Positions 19,687-31,050 of a stretch of DNA of 52,541 nt are shown piece after piece. Numbering within the stretch: position 1 is the first letter of the stretch; every line of letters starts with the position of its first letter. The notes beneath the pieces are model-generated. The model worked only from the letters and a program-made list of their open reading frames with translations. It did not search any database and was not told the origin of the DNA. The position numbers and the translations under genes are program-made. The stretch lies in the sequence record SRR22947727_2671; one strand, 5' to 3'.

Positions 19687-20755
19687 TTTTTAAAATTCCT
19701 ATTAAAATTGCAGCTACTTCAGAAGTTTTAACATATTCATCGTTAGTGCTAATGTCTTTTGTTCTATAACCTTGTGATATAAATTCTTTAATAGCTGCAT
19801 CAATCTTATTGGCTAATTCTTTTTGCTCTAAAGAATACTTAAGAGCCATACCAAGTGATGCAATCATTGCTATTGGATTAGCAATATTCATTCCAGCAAT
19901 ATCAGGAGCGCTACCATGACATGGTTCATACATACCTTGAGATGAGCTATTTATCGATGCTGATGGGAGCATTCCGATCGAACCTGATAATGTTGCAGCA
20001 ATATCAGATAAAATATCACCAAACAAATTACTAGAAACAATTACATCAAACTGGTTTGGATTAAGAACAAGTTGCATTGCAGTATTGTCAGCTAACTGGT
20101 GAGACAATTCGACATCAGGAAAATCTTTTGCCATATTGGTAACAATTGATCTCCAAAATTTTGAAACTTCTAAGACATTTGCTTTTTCTACGGAACACAA
20201 TTTTCCACCTCTTTTTTGAGCTGCTTCAAATGCTACTTTTGCTATTCGCTTTATCTCATCCTCGTTATAGATCATTGTATTAAATGCATAAGAAGGAGTC
20301 TCATCTTCAACAATTGCTCTTGGCTCACCAAAATATATACCGCCAGTAAGCTCTCTGACTATAAGAATGTCTAAGTTCTCAATAATATGATTCTTGATTG
20401 GCGATGCTGATGCTAATTCATTAAATAAAAATGCAGGTCTAAGATTTGCAAATAATTCTAATTCTTTCCTTAAAGATAAAAGTGCCTGCTCTGGTCTATC
20501 ATCCCACCCTAGGTTATCCCATTTTGGCCCACCGACAGCTCCAAACAAAATAGCATCAGATTTTTTTGCTTTTGCTAAGACATTATCCGGCAGAGGAGAT
20601 CCGTGTTTATCATAAGCAGTGCCACCTGCATCCATTTCAGTGATATTAAAATCTAGACTATATTCGGTGATTAAATAATCTAAAACTTCTTTTGCAGAAC
20701 TAGTCACCTCCTGCCCAATACCATCACCAGGTAGAATTAATATTTCTTTACTCAT
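19679..20755 (-). CDS. leuB: 3-isopropylmalate dehydrogenase
   Basis: LPGDGIG, RELTGGIYFG, NLFGDILSD, EPCHGSAPDIAG; start reassigned to MSKEILIL (20755). Confidence 0.96.
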   Translation of the reverse strand: MSKEILILPGDGIGQEVTSSAKEVLDYLITEYSLDFNITEMDAGGTAYDKHGSPLPDNVLAKAKKSDAILFGAVGGPKWDNLGWDDRPEQALLSLRKELELFANLRPAFLFNELASASPIKNHIIENLDILIVRELTGGIYFGEPRAIVEDETPSYAFNTMIYNEDEIKRIAKVAFEAAQKRGGKLCSVEKANVLEVSKFWRSIVTNMAKDFPDVELSHQLADNTAMQLVLNPNQFDVIVSSNLFGDILSDIAATLSGSIGMLPSASINSSSQGMYEPCHGSAPDIAGMNIANPIAMIASLGMALKYSLEQKELANKIDAAIKEFISQGYRTKDISTNDEYVKTSEVAAILIGILKNG

Positions 20756-21398
20756 TTGAAAATATCCATGGTTTTTCTTTTTTTCTAATTTGTTCAAAGC
20801 TCATTATTTTTTCTTTAAACTTAAGTGTCATATCAACGTCATCTAAGCCATAAATAATTCTTTCAAGAAGATTGTCTTCAACTTCAAAAGAATATAATTC
20901 TGTTTCATTTTGTGATATTTTTTTTGAATCTAAACTTACAGTTAATTCAGTAAATCCTTTATCAAAAGCCTTAAATAAGTTATCTATTTGATCTTTACTA
21001 AGTCTAATTGGTAAAACACCATTTTTAAAACAGTTGTTATAAAAAATATCTCCAAAAGAAGAGGCAATAACAGCTTTAATACCAAAATCTCTTAAAGCCC
21101 AAACAGCATGTTCTCTGGATGAGCCGCATCCAAAATTATCTCTTGTTAATAAAATTGTCGCTTTATCAAAAGGTACTTTATTGAGTATAAAGTCAGGATT
21201 CTGTTGCCTGTCACCCTTCAATACTCCCAACTTACCATCATCAAGATATCTCCATCCATCAAACAAGTAATCCTCAAACCCATATTTCTTTATAGATTTT
21301 AAATATTCTGTAGGAATAATCTGATCGGTATCAATATTATCTCTATCAATAGAGGCAACTACTCCGCTTATAATTAATTCATTACCTTCTATCTTCAT
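20748..21398 (-). CDS. leuD: 3-isopropylmalate dehydratase small subunit
   Basis: [33 protein letters not shown]. Confidence 0.96.
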   Translation of the reverse strand: MKIEGNELIISGVVASIDRDNIDTDQIIPTEYLKSIKKYGFEDYLFDGWRYLDDGKLGVLKGDRQQNPDFILNKVPFDKATILLTRDNFGCGSSREHAVWALRDFGIKAVIASSFGDIFYNNCFKNGVLPIRLSKDQIDNLFKAFDKGFTELTVSLDSKKISQNETELYSFEVEDNLLERIIYGLDDVDMTLKFKEKIMSFEQIRKKEKPWIFSNE

Positions 21399-22795
21399 GA
21401 CGGATCTACCACTCTTCCATTAACAGCTGTTAAAGCAGCCATTAAGGGGCTCATTAAATGTGTTCTTCCAAGATTGCCCTGTCTGCCTTCAAAATTTCTA
21501 TTTGATGTTGAGGCACATCTTTCATAAGGCTTTAATTGATCCGGATTCATACCCAAGCACATTGAGCATCCTGGATCTCTCCAAATAAAACCTGCTTTTT
21601 GAAAAATAATATCTAATCCTTCGGACTCTGCTTGCTCCTTTACCAAACCAGAACCCGGTACAACGATTGCTTCGATAATAGTATCCGAAACACTCTTACC
21701 ATCTACTGCCTTAGCGACCTCTCTCAGATCTTCGATTCTTGAATTTGTGCAAGACCCAATAAAAACTTTATCAAATTTAAGATCGGTTAATTTCTGATTT
21801 TCTTCAATACCCATATATTGTTTTGCCAACTCAATATTTCTTTTATTTTCTGCCTCTATATTATTTAAATCAGGAATATCTTCATCAAAGTCTATGACCA
21901 TTTCCGGAGAAGTTCCCCATGTAACTTGTGGCTTAATTAGTGAAACATCAATTTCTATTTCTTTATCGAATACTGCCTCAGTATCTGATATTAGCTTGCT
22001 CCAATGAATACAAGCAGAATCAAATTCTTCTTCAGATAATTGAGAATGATTCTTTACGTACTCGATCGTAGTTGCATCAGGAGCAATTAAACCAACTTTA
22101 GCACCTGCTTCAATGGACATATTGCATATGGTCATTCTAGCTTCCATGGATATACTTTCTATGTATGAACCAGAGAATTCTATTGCATGACCATTTCCAC
22201 CAGCGGTTCCAATTTTTCCAATGAGGTATAAAACAATATCTTTAGATGTTACACCGCTCTGTGGATTTCCATTAAATCGAACATTCATATTTTTCAATTT
22301 TGAAACCTTAAGCGTTTGGGTTGCAAGAACATGCTCTACTTCAGATGTCCCAATACCCATTGCTAAGCAGCCAAAAGCTCCATGAGTAGAAGTATGAGAG
22401 TCACCGCATACGATTGTCATTCCAGGCAAGGTATAACCCAATTCTGGGCCAATAACATGAACTATTCCCTGATTGACTGATGTTATATCAAATTGTTTGA
22501 TTCCGAACTTATTACAATTTTTATCGAGCTCAACAACTTGTATTTTTGATATTTCATCTAAAATATTCTCTGTTTGAAATGATTTGCCTCTCTCAGTAGG
22601 AACATTATGATCGGGTGTAGCAATATTTGCATTTAGCCTCCAAGGAGTTAAACCTTTTTTAGTTAGCCCTTCAAAGGCTTGAGGTGATGTAACTTCATGA
22701 AGGTATTGTCTATCAATATAAAGTAAAGATTCAGAAGATTGTAGGGTTGTTATATGGTGCTCTTCCCAAAGCTTGTCGTATAAAGTCTTTGGCAT
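21395..22795 (-). CDS. leuC: 3-isopropylmalate dehydratase large subunit
   Basis: [53 protein letters not shown]; start reassigned to MPKTLYDK (22795). Confidence 0.96.
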   Translation of the reverse strand: MPKTLYDKLWEEHHITTLQSSESLLYIDRQYLHEVTSPQAFEGLTKKGLTPWRLNANIATPDHNVPTERGKSFQTENILDEISKIQVVELDKNCNKFGIKQFDITSVNQGIVHVIGPELGYTLPGMTIVCGDSHTSTHGAFGCLAMGIGTSEVEHVLATQTLKVSKLKNMNVRFNGNPQSGVTSKDIVLYLIGKIGTAGGNGHAIEFSGSYIESISMEARMTICNMSIEAGAKVGLIAPDATTIEYVKNHSQLSEEEFDSACIHWSKLISDTEAVFDKEIEIDVSLIKPQVTWGTSPEMVIDFDEDIPDLNNIEAENKRNIELAKQYMGIEENQKLTDLKFDKVFIGSCTNSRIEDLREVAKAVDGKSVSDTIIEAIVVPGSGLVKEQAESEGLDIIFQKAGFIWRDPGCSMCLGMNPDQLKPYERCASTSNRNFEGRQGNLGRTHLMSPLMAALTAVNGRVVDPS

Positions 22796-22796
22796 G

Positions 22797-23882
22797 TTAC
22801 TTGGTAAAGGGTAGTTTTTGTTCGACCTCACCGCATTGAGCACGGTTTCTTAATAGATGGTCCATGATTACTAGATTCACCATTGCTTCTGCTATAGGCA
22901 CTGCACGAATACCAACACATGGATCATGTCGACCAATAACTTCTATATCAACTTCATTACCATCTTTATCTACAGTTTTTCCTTTCTTTTTAATACTAGA
23001 AGTTGGTTTAATTAAAAAGTCTAGCTCTATATTATCTCCGTTAGAAATTCCGCCTAGAATACCTCCAGCATTATTTGAAGCGAAGCCATCTGATCTTATT
23101 TCATCACGTATTTCTGAACCTTTGAGATTTAATATGTTTTCTGCATTACCAATAGAAACAGATTTAACTGCATTAATACTCATGATTGCTTTAGCAAGGT
23201 CTGCATTAAGTTTATCAAAAACAGGCTCACCAAGGCCTACAGGGCAGTTTTCTACACAAACTCCGAGCTTTGCTCCAACAGAATTACCCTCAGCAATTAA
23301 TTCATCAAACATGGTATTTAGAGCTTCTATTTTAGACATGTCACCAAAAAAATATTTATTTTTATTAGCTGATTCTGGCGTAATAGACTCAGCCGAAATA
23401 TTGCCAATCTGAGAAACATAACCTGTTGTCTTTACACCATATTGAGAAAGATATTTTTTAGCTATTGCTCCGGCAGCAACTCTCATAGCAGTCTCTCTAG
23501 CACTTGATCGACCTCCACCCCTATAATCTCTGTGTCCGTATTTAGCCTGATAAGTTATATCAGCATGATTTGGTCTAAATGAATCTTTAATGTTTGAATA
23601 ATCTTTTGATTGCTGATCTTTATTAAAAATTAATAAACTTATGGGCGTGCCGAGTGTTTTTCCTTCAAAGACACCTGATAGAATTTGAACTGAATCGTCT
23701 TCTTTTCGCTGAGTTGTTACATCAGATTGCCCAGGTTTTCTTCTATTTAATTCAATTTGTATGTCTGATTCGTCAATCTCTAAATTAGGAGGACAGCCAT
23801 CAATAATGCAGCCTAAAGCATGCCCATGACTCTCACCAAAGGTAGTAATTTTAAAAATATTTCCAAACGTATTGCCTGACAT
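22797..23882 (-). CDS. aroC: Chorismate synthase
   Basis: [36 protein letters not shown]. Confidence 0.97.
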   Translation of the reverse strand: MSGNTFGNIFKITTFGESHGHALGCIIDGCPPNLEIDESDIQIELNRRKPGQSDVTTQRKEDDSVQILSGVFEGKTLGTPISLLIFNKDQQSKDYSNIKDSFRPNHADITYQAKYGHRDYRGGGRSSARETAMRVAAGAIAKKYLSQYGVKTTGYVSQIGNISAESITPESANKNKYFFGDMSKIEALNTMFDELIAEGNSVGAKLGVCVENCPVGLGEPVFDKLNADLAKAIMSINAVKSVSIGNAENILNLKGSEIRDEIRSDGFASNNAGGILGGISNGDNIELDFLIKPTSSIKKKGKTVDKDGNEVDIEVIGRHDPCVGIRAVPIAEAMVNLVIMDHLLRNRAQCGEVEQKLPFTK

Positions 23883-23951
23883 GGCAGTGATTATAGTCCA
23901 AAATTGATAAAACGCCTTATTTTAGGGGTTATTTAGGCTATTTTCAAATTA

Positions 23952-25412
23952 TTAGAAATTATTGCTTTCTACTGCAAATAGTTCCTGAAAGTCTATTACC
24001 GATGTGTTTTCTAATTTTTGTTGATTTGTACAAAGTGAATAAATTTCTTCACACTTATCTTGAGTATATGTAATTTGTAGATTATTCAAAAATTTCTTTT
24101 CTAGCACTGGGATTCCTTCTTCTCTTCTTCTTTTATGTCCAATTGGATATTCAACTTCTATTTCATCAGTAGAAGTTCCGTCATTAAAATGAATTTGAAT
24201 TTTATTTGCTATAGACCTTTTGTCTGCCTCATGATACTCAACAGAATATCTTTTATCTTCGTTTATGATCATTTTTTCTCTTAATGCATCAATTCTAGGA
24301 TCTGAAGCCACATCGTCTTCATAATCTTCTGCAACTAAGTTGCCTTTAATAAGACCAATAGCAACCATGTATTGAAGACAATGATCTCTATCAGCAGGAT
24401 TATTGAGCTCACCTACTTTAGAGATAATTCTTATAGCTGAATCATGAGTAGTAATTTCTACAGACTTTATTTCATCTAACTTATCTTTTATTTGAGGGTG
24501 AAGAATTACTGCTGCCTCAACTGCTGTTTGAGCATGAAATTCAGCAGGGAAACTAATTTTAAATAAGATATTCTCCATAACATACGAATTAAATGCTTGA
24601 GGAAGAGATAATTGCTCTCCTTTAAATAAAACATCCTCAAAACCCCAGACAGGTGCTGATAAAACACCCGGATATCCCATTTCGCCAGATAAAGTTATCA
24701 TAGCAAGTCTTACTGCTCTACTGGTAGCATCACCGGCAGCCCAACTTTTTCTTGAACCTGCATTTGGTGCATGCCTATATGTTCTGAGACTTTGGCCATC
24801 AACCCAAGCCTGACTAACCGCATCTTTAATTTGATCTGAGGTACCTCCCATGAGTTTTGTAACAATTGCTGTTGAAGCAACTTTAACTAAAACAACATGA
24901 TCAAGACCAACTTTATTAAAACTGTTTTTTAATGCAAGGACTCCTTGTATTTCATGAGCCATAATCATGGACTCTAAAACTTGCTTCATTTTTAAAGGCT
25001 CTTTTCCTTCTGATATATTTTTTTGTGAAATAAAATCAGCTACCGCCAATATTCCACCTAAGTTATCTGATGGATGACCCCATTCAGCAGCAAGCCATGT
25101 GTCGTTATAGTCTAGCCATCTAATGATACAACCAATATCAAATGCGCCTTTGATAGGGTCTAATTTAAAATTTGTTCCAGGAACTCTTACGCCGTAAGGG
25201 ACAGAAGTTCCTTCAACTACTGGTCCAAGCATTTTTGTGCAAGCAGGAAATTTTAATGCTAATAAACCACAACCGATAGTATCTATAAGACAATTTCTTG
25301 CAGTATCTAAAGCAAGATCAGATTCTATTTTGAAATTTGAAACGTAATATGCAATTTCAGAGATTACAGAATCATATCCAGGCCTAATGTTTAAATCGAC
25401 ATTTGAGGACAT
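23952..25412 (-). CDS. prpD: 2-methylcitrate dehydratase
   Basis: RWLDYNDTWLAAEWGHPSDN, YRHAPNAGSRKSWAAGDA, FKISFPAEFHAQTA. Confidence 0.95.
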   Translation of the reverse strand: MSSNVDLNIRPGYDSVISEIAYYVSNFKIESDLALDTARNCLIDTIGCGLLALKFPACTKMLGPVVEGTSVPYGVRVPGTNFKLDPIKGAFDIGCIIRWLDYNDTWLAAEWGHPSDNLGGILAVADFISQKNISEGKEPLKMKQVLESMIMAHEIQGVLALKNSFNKVGLDHVVLVKVASTAIVTKLMGGTSDQIKDAVSQAWVDGQSLRTYRHAPNAGSRKSWAAGDATSRAVRLAMITLSGEMGYPGVLSAPVWGFEDVLFKGEQLSLPQAFNSYVMENILFKISFPAEFHAQTAVEAAVILHPQIKDKLDEIKSVEITTHDSAIRIISKVGELNNPADRDHCLQYMVAIGLIKGNLVAEDYEDDVASDPRIDALREKMIINEDKRYSVEYHEADKRSIANKIQIHFNDGTSTDEIEVEYPIGHKRRREEGIPVLEKKFLNNLQITYTQDKCEEIYSLCTNQQKLENTSVIDFQELFAVESNNF

Positions 25413-25415
25413 GGT

Positions 25416-26537
25416 TTAGTCCCTATCTGCTATGTCAACCCACTCAGAACTTTCTACGCCTATATAATCTGCGCTTGGTCTGATAATTCTATTATTTGCC
25501 CTTTGCTCCATACAGTGTGCAGTCCATCCAGAAACTCTAGACATAACAAATATAGGAGTAAATAACTTAGTTGGAATGCCCATATAAAAGTATGCAGGTG
25601 CATGGAAAAAGTCTGCATTAGCAAACATTTTCTTTTCATCTGCCATTACTTTTTCAACCTCTTCAGCCACTTGATATAAATCATCGTTATCATGAAGTTT
25701 TGATAATTCTTTTGCATATTCCTTGATGACTGCATTTCTAGGATCACGAATCGAATATACAGCATGACCAAAGCCCATAATTTTTTCTTTGTTTGCTAGC
25801 ATGGATAAGATTTTTTCTTTAGCCTCTTCTCTTGATGTCCAGTTTTCAATTAATTCCATAGCCTTTTCATTTGCTCCACCATGTAATGGACCTCTTAATG
25901 AACCAATAGCAGCAACAACACATGAATGTATATCTGACATCGTTGAAGCACATACCCTTCCTGTAAAAGTAGATGCATTAAACTCATGTTCAGCATATAG
26001 AACTAAAGACACATCCATAACTTTTCTATGAAGATCGTTTGGTGTTTTTCCATGAAGAATATGAAGAAAATGTCCAGCCATTGAGTCTTCATCATTTACC
26101 AAGCTAATGTCCTCTCCATCATGAGAGTATTTATACCAGTAAGTAACAATTGAAGGCATTGTAGCTATCATTCTATTTATAGAATCTAGTTGATTGGTAA
26201 AGTCACCTTCAGGTTCAAGATTGCCAAGCATTGATGTTCCAGTTCTCATAACATCCATGGGATGAGCTGAAGCTGGTATCTTTTGAAGAACTTCTTTTAA
26301 AGATAGAGGAAGATCCCTTTGACTTTTTAATAATTCTTTATATTTTTTAAGTTCTGTTGTATTGGGTAATTTGTTGTATAGAAGTAGGTATGCAACTTCC
26401 TCGAAAGTAGCTTTCTCGGCAAGAGTTTCTATTTTATGTCCTCTATAAGCCAAGCCTTCTATTTGACCAACAGTTGAGAGAGATGTCTCTCCTGCTACCT
26501 GTCCTCTAAGTCCAGCACCTTCTAATTTTTTTACCAT
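25416..26537 (-). CDS. prpC: 2-methylcitrate synthase
   Basis: GLRGQVAG, HPMDVMRTG, AEHEFNASTF, GPLHGGANE, MGFGHAVY; between prpB and prpD. Confidence 0.95.
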   Translation of the reverse strand: MVKKLEGAGLRGQVAGETSLSTVGQIEGLAYRGHKIETLAEKATFEEVAYLLLYNKLPNTTELKKYKELLKSQRDLPLSLKEVLQKIPASAHPMDVMRTGTSMLGNLEPEGDFTNQLDSINRMIATMPSIVTYWYKYSHDGEDISLVNDEDSMAGHFLHILHGKTPNDLHRKVMDVSLVLYAEHEFNASTFTGRVCASTMSDIHSCVVAAIGSLRGPLHGGANEKAMELIENWTSREEAKEKILSMLANKEKIMGFGHAVYSIRDPRNAVIKEYAKELSKLHDNDDLYQVAEEVEKVMADEKKMFANADFFHAPAYFYMGIPTKLFTPIFVMSRVSGWTAHCMEQRANNRIIRPSADYIGVESSEWVDIADRD

Positions 26538-26558
26538 ATTATCCTCTTATTCTAATTC

Positions 26559-27425
26559 TTAATCTTTATATAATTCATCGAGTTTTTGTTCAAAACTATG
26601 ATAATTTAAGCGTTCGTATAATTCTTCCCGGGTCTGCATTATATCTAAGAGACCTTCTTGTGTCCTCTCTTTAGCAAGTGAAATGTAAACTTTTTCCGCA
26701 ATTTGGCTCATTGCTCTAAATGCTGTTAATGGATAAAGAACCATATCTACTCCAACATTAGCAAGTTCATCTTTTGAAAATAGTGGTGTTTTTCCAAATT
26801 CTGTAATATTAGCAAGTATAGGCACTTCAATTTTATCTTTAACTGCTGAATATTCTTCCAGACTAGTTGCTGCTTCAAGGAATATGCCATCTGCACCATC
26901 TTCAACATAGGCTGAAATTCTATCAACGGCTCCATTGATTCCCTCAGAAGCTATAGCATCAGTTCTAGCCATTATAAAAAAAGATTCATCCTGTCTTCCA
27001 TCGACAGCTGCTTTTATTCTATCCTGCATTTCTTCCTTAGTGACTAGTGATTTATTTGGCCTGTGTCCGCATCTCTTTTGAGAAACTTGATCTTCCATAT
27101 GAACAGCAGCACAGCCTGCATCAATCATGTTCTTAATTGTTCTTGATATATTGAAAGCTCCACCCCAGCCTGTATCAATATCTACAAGTAAAGGTAAAGA
27201 AGAAGCATTGGTGATTCTTTTAACATCTATTAAAACGTCTTCCATTGATGTAATTCCGAGGTCTGGGAGTCCATACGATGCGGCAGCGACACCTCCACCT
27301 GAGAGGTATATAGCTTTATGACCGGATTTTTCTGCCAATATCGCAGAATAAGCATTAATAGTACCTGGAATAATAAGAGGTTTATTATCTTTTAATGCGT
27401 TTCTAAATTTCTGGCCTGCTGACAT
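26559..27425 (-). CDS. prpB: 2-methylisocitrate lyase
   Basis: YLSGGGVAA.S.GLPDLG, VDIDTGWG, KRCGHRP; start reassigned to MSAGQKFR (27425). Confidence 0.95.
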   Translation of the reverse strand: MSAGQKFRNALKDNKPLIIPGTINAYSAILAEKSGHKAIYLSGGGVAAASYGLPDLGITSMEDVLIDVKRITNASSLPLLVDIDTGWGGAFNISRTIKNMIDAGCAAVHMEDQVSQKRCGHRPNKSLVTKEEMQDRIKAAVDGRQDESFFIMARTDAIASEGINGAVDRISAYVEDGADGIFLEAATSLEEYSAVKDKIEVPILANITEFGKTPLFSKDELANVGVDMVLYPLTAFRAMSQIAEKVYISLAKERTQEGLLDIMQTREELYERLNYHSFEQKLDELYKD

Positions 27426-27472
27426 GGTTGAAGAATTATAATGCACACGAGGCCTGTTTCCCAAATGCTAAA

Positions 27473-28135
27473 TTATCCGTAGAATTTTACACCCCGAATA
27501 ATTCTTTCTTTGTTATTTTTTCTTCTCCACCTATTTGTATCTCTTAAGCTATATACGCATCCGCAATATTCTTGTTGATAAAATTCTTCTCTCTTGGAGA
27601 TTTCAATCATTCTTGATGAGCCGCCTTGCTTCCTCCAATTAAAATCCCAATAAGTAACATCCTTATATCTTTCTGCAGCTTTGTGGCCAGAAGTATTAAT
27701 TTGATTCATATCTTTCCATCTAGATATACCCAAGGTTGTTGCATATACGCCAAAATTATTTTCATTTGCATATAATGCGGATCTTTCAAATCTCATATCA
27801 AAGCATTGAGTGCATCGTTTACCTCTTTCAGGCTCATCCTCAAGACCTTTAACTCTTTCAAACCAATTATCTTTATCATAGTCAGCATCTATACATTCAA
27901 AACCAAGTTTTTCACAAAACCTTCTATTTTCATTTTTGCGTATTTCATATTCTTCGTCTGGGTGAATATTTGGGTTATAGAAATATACAGTAGTCTTAAT
28001 ATCAGAAGCAGCTAATGCTTCCATGATCTCGCCAGCACATGGGGCGCAACAACTATGCAATAACAGATTAGTGCCTTCATCTGGCATTTGCAGTTTAGGC
28101 CTTTCGTAGTTATCTAATTTTAATTTGTCATTCAT
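27473..28135 (-). CDS. queH: Epoxyqueuosine reductase QueH (DUF208)
   Basis: [37 protein letters not shown]. Confidence 0.92.
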   Translation of the reverse strand: MNDKLKLDNYERPKLQMPDEGTNLLLHSCCAPCAGEIMEALAASDIKTTVYFYNPNIHPDEEYEIRKNENRRFCEKLGFECIDADYDKDNWFERVKGLEDEPERGKRCTQCFDMRFERSALYANENNFGVYATTLGISRWKDMNQINTSGHKAAERYKDVTYWDFNWRKQGGSSRMIEISKREEFYQQEYCGCVYSLRDTNRWRRKNNKERIIRGVKFYG

Positions 28136-28740
28136 TTAACAAAATGTGAGTTATCTTTAATTGCATGTTCTAAATCATTGTAATTATGAAAAGAGGGGAT
28201 GTCAGGATAGCTTGATGAAATTTTCTCTGGCGCGTTCATAAAAAATCCTTTATCTGCAACCTCAAACATTTGGATATCATTATAGGAATCTCCTGCCGCT
28301 AGACACCTGTAACCAATTGATTGAAAAGCAGTAATTGCCTGTTTTTTGGCATGCTTATGACGCAATTTATATGAAATTATTTCATCATTCACTACTTCCA
28401 AGTTATGACATAAAAGCAAAGGATGTCCCATTTTATCCATTAAAGGTTTTGCAATTTCATGAAAGGTATCAGAAAGTATAACAACTTGAAAATTTTGTCT
28501 TATATTGTTTAAAAATTCTTCAGCTCCATCCAAAAGATCTAATTCACCTGATGCTTTTTGAATATCTGATAACTTTAAATTATTTTTTTTCATTACATCC
28601 AATCTAAAATCCATCAAGTCAGAATAGTCCGGGATATCTCGAGTAGTCTTATTAAATTCATCTATTCCAGTATTTGATGCTATCTGCTCCCAAATTTCTG
28701 GAGTGAGTGTTCCTTCCATGTCAAAACATACTATTTCCAT
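28132..28740 (-). CDS. thrH: Bifunctional phosphoserine phosphatase/homoserine phosphotransferase (HAD)
   Basis: [38 protein letters not shown]. Confidence 0.92.
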   Translation of the reverse strand: MEIVCFDMEGTLTPEIWEQIASNTGIDEFNKTTRDIPDYSDLMDFRLDVMKKNNLKLSDIQKASGELDLLDGAEEFLNNIRQNFQVVILSDTFHEIAKPLMDKMGHPLLLCHNLEVVNDEIISYKLRHKHAKKQAITAFQSIGYRCLAAGDSYNDIQMFEVADKGFFMNAPEKISSSYPDIPSFHNYNDLEHAIKDNSHFVK

Positions 28741-28751
28741 GATAAGTCCTT

Positions 28752-29651
28752 TTATTTATTTTTTATTCCATAGGGAACATGTCCCGATGCAGTAGTGTTA
28801 ATAGCTTCCATGATATGTTTTTTTTGGTCATCAAAAAAGATATCAGCTTCAAAAGATTTAAGAAAATGTTGTTTAGACATACCGCCTAAGAATAAAGATT
28901 CATCTATTCTTACGCCCCATTCTCTGAGAGTCTTTATAACTCGTTTATCTGATGGTGCAGATCTTGCAGTAACAAGTGCGGTTCTTATTGGGCACTCATT
29001 TATATCGAAATCATTTTGTATCTTGTTTAGTTCTACAAGAAAAGATTTAAAAGGTCCTTCTTTTAATGGCGATGTAGCCATGACTTCATTTTCAATGAAT
29101 GCATCTAATCCCTCTTCATGGAAAACTTTTTCAGAATCATCAGAGAAAATTACAGCATCTCCATCAAAGGCTATTTTTAATTGCTCATTATTAGACTGCG
29201 AATTACTTTCACCTTCTTTAGAAATAATAGTTGCTGCAGCTACATTACTTTCAATAGCTAATTTAACATCTTCAAAACTGCTTGATAAAAAGAGGTGTAC
29301 TCCAAAATCTTTAACGTATCTATGAGGACTTTCTCCGCCACAAAAGGCAGCTCTACTAATATCTAAGCCATGAGCCTCGATGGAATTTCTTATTCTCAAT
29401 CCAGTATCAGATGTATTTCTAGAAAGAAGAATTACTTCTATTCTTTGTCTATCTTTGTAAAGGGAATTAATACTAAGAATCTTCTTGACCAAGCTAAAAG
29501 CTTGACCTGGTTCAAGAGTTTTTTCCTCATTTGCAATTTGATAATCTCGATATGAATCTAAACCTTCTTTTTTATATATTTCATGGCTCTCATCGAGATT
29601 AAATAAAGCTCTTGAAGAAATACCTATAATTAATTTTGATTTATCATTCAT
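28752..29651 (-). CDS. 5'-nucleotidase (cN-I-like HAD family)
   Basis: ISSRALF, LLSRN, IAFDGDAVIFSD, LVTARSAP, FFDDQ. Confidence 0.9.
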   Translation of the reverse strand: MNDKSKLIIGISSRALFNLDESHEIYKKEGLDSYRDYQIANEEKTLEPGQAFSLVKKILSINSLYKDRQRIEVILLSRNTSDTGLRIRNSIEAHGLDISRAAFCGGESPHRYVKDFGVHLFLSSSFEDVKLAIESNVAAATIISKEGESNSQSNNEQLKIAFDGDAVIFSDDSEKVFHEEGLDAFIENEVMATSPLKEGPFKSFLVELNKIQNDFDINECPIRTALVTARSAPSDKRVIKTLREWGVRIDESLFLGGMSKQHFLKSFEADIFFDDQKKHIMEAINTTASGHVPYGIKNK

Positions 29652-29685
29652 TATTTATCTTGCTTTAATTTATATTTTTCAATTA

Positions 29686-29705
29686 TACTGTATAAATATA
29701 TAGTA
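29686..29705. promoter_or_regulatory. Degenerate LexA autoregulatory SOS box
   Basis: TACTGTATAAATATATAGTA (CTG-N10-TAG, one mismatch in the right half-site), 13 nt before the lexA ATG, overlapping TATACT and TATAAT hexamers. Confidence 0.7.
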
Positions 29706-29718
29706 TAATTTAAAGAAT

Positions 29719-30333
29719 ATGAAAGATATAACACCTCAACAACAAAAAGTACTTGATTGTATTCAAGTTTACATAAATAAAACAGGTTTTCCTCCTACTA
29801 GAGCAAATATATGTAGAGAATTAGGTTTCAAATCACCCAATTCAGCCGAAACGCATCTTCGAGCTTTAGAAAAAAAAGGTTTTATCTCTATTGAGAGTGG
29901 AGCGTCTAGAGGAATATCAATTATAAATCCAGAGATTACTAGCGAAGATAACGAATATCCTATTGTAGGTTTGGTTGCGGCAGGCTCTCCAACCCTAGCA
30001 AGTGAAAATGTTGAGAAAGTTTTGAATTGTCCTAAAGGGTTTTTTGGTTCAGATTTTGATTATTTTCTTAGGGTGCGTGGTTTAAGTATGAAAGATGCTG
30101 GAATCATGGAAGATGATCTTATTGCTGTTAAGAAAACACAAGAAATAAGAAATGGAGATATCGTTATTGCTCGAATTGAAGATGAGGTAACAGTTAAGTA
30201 TTTCCAAAGAAGTGCTCCAAATATTGTTCACTTAAAACCTGCAAATAATGATTTTAATGATATAGAAGTAAATCTTGAAGAAACAGAATTATTTATTGAA
30301 GGTAAAAGCGTAGGGTTAATTAGAGAAAATTAA
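29719..30333 (+). CDS. lexA: SOS repressor LexA
   Basis: wHTH GFPPTRA.I...LGFKSPNSAETHL.AL..KG, cleavage VAAG, GLSM, VTVK. Confidence 0.96.
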   Translation: MKDITPQQQKVLDCIQVYINKTGFPPTRANICRELGFKSPNSAETHLRALEKKGFISIESGASRGISIINPEITSEDNEYPIVGLVAAGSPTLASENVEKVLNCPKGFFGSDFDYFLRVRGLSMKDAGIMEDDLIAVKKTQEIRNGDIVIARIEDEVTVKYFQRSAPNIVHLKPANNDFNDIEVNLEETELFIEGKSVGLIREN

Positions 30334-30587
30334 TGCAGAATTACTGGTTTCTTTGAAAGTCTTTCTTTTTGGCTGTCAAAGAACTCATCAAAATCGCTAA
30401 CACTTCCACTAACGCTTTCAATTCCAGCTCTAATCATTTCCTTGGCAACTGCCAGTTCCTGACCCTGAAGAAATTCTTTAGATTCTGAAGAGAAATCTAT
30501 TTTTACAATAGGATTATCGTGATCGTCCGATCTTCTTAAAACTATACTTCCGTCAGGCAATTGAGCTAATTCTAGATAATTTGACAT
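30330..30587 (-). CDS. Conserved small hypothetical protein
   Basis: 85 aa, YLE..QLPDG.IVLRR.D....P.V.I.FS; SD GGAG upstream; typical of the lexA-topA neighbourhood in Pseudomonadales. Confidence 0.7.
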   Translation of the reverse strand: MSNYLELAQLPDGSIVLRRSDDHDNPIVKIDFSSESKEFLQGQELAVAKEMIRAGIESVSGSVSDFDEFFDSQKERLSKKPVILH

Positions 30588-30609
30588 TTTTTCTCCGTAT
30601 TTCTAAAGC

Positions 30610-31050
30610 TTAACATTCCTCAAGAGTTTTGCGAAGCAACAGCATAAACCTTTTATATTTATCTAATATCAAATTAATTTTTTTCAAGTTAATAGTGTCA
30701 TTTGAGGCAATAATTGTTGTATCTATTGGATTAAATAGCTTTTCTTTGGTTGATTTTATTAATAAAAATATTCCATCTGAATTATTAAACTCATTCTTTA
30801 TAATATTTTTTATTGCTGGCTCTTCAACAAGGCTGTCCCATTTTGATAAGTAATTTAATTTAGCGAAAGATTTGATATCCAAATTTAGTATTGAGCTAAC
30901 GTCTAAAGCTAGAAAGTCTAGACTTTGCTCAAGAGATGACAAAAATAGATATAAATTATTTTTATCTTGATTTGAGTTGTCAAAGATTAAGTTTTCTGAG
31001 ATATCTTCACAAATATCTAAATATAAATTTACTAATTCTTTTGGGTTCAC
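30610..31050 (-). CDS. Hypothetical protein (positional equivalent of the conserved gene downstream of topA)
   Basis: 146 aa; GTG start overlapping the topA stop; fills the gap. Confidence 0.6.
   Translation of the reverse strand: MNPKELVNLYLDICEDISENLIFDNSNQDKNNLYLFLSSLEQSLDFLALDVSSILNLDIKSFAKLNYLSKWDSLVEEPAIKNIIKNEFNNSDGIFLLIKSTKEKLFNPIDTTIIASNDTINLKKINLILDKYKRFMLLLRKTLEEC

Noticed and set aside
22864-23412. 182-aa antisense ORF in aroC
   Set aside because: Codon-register mirror of a conserved gene (Ser/Ile/Pro-rich), a typical shadow ORF
20756-27464. Longer ORF-track starts for leuB (20797), leuC (22843) and prpB (27464)
   Set aside because: They extend into upstream genes or promoters; homologous N-termini begin at 20755, 22795 and 27425
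28795-29325. 176-aa antisense ORF in the 5'-nucleotidase
   Set aside because: Mirror-frame shadow ORF without SD or motifs
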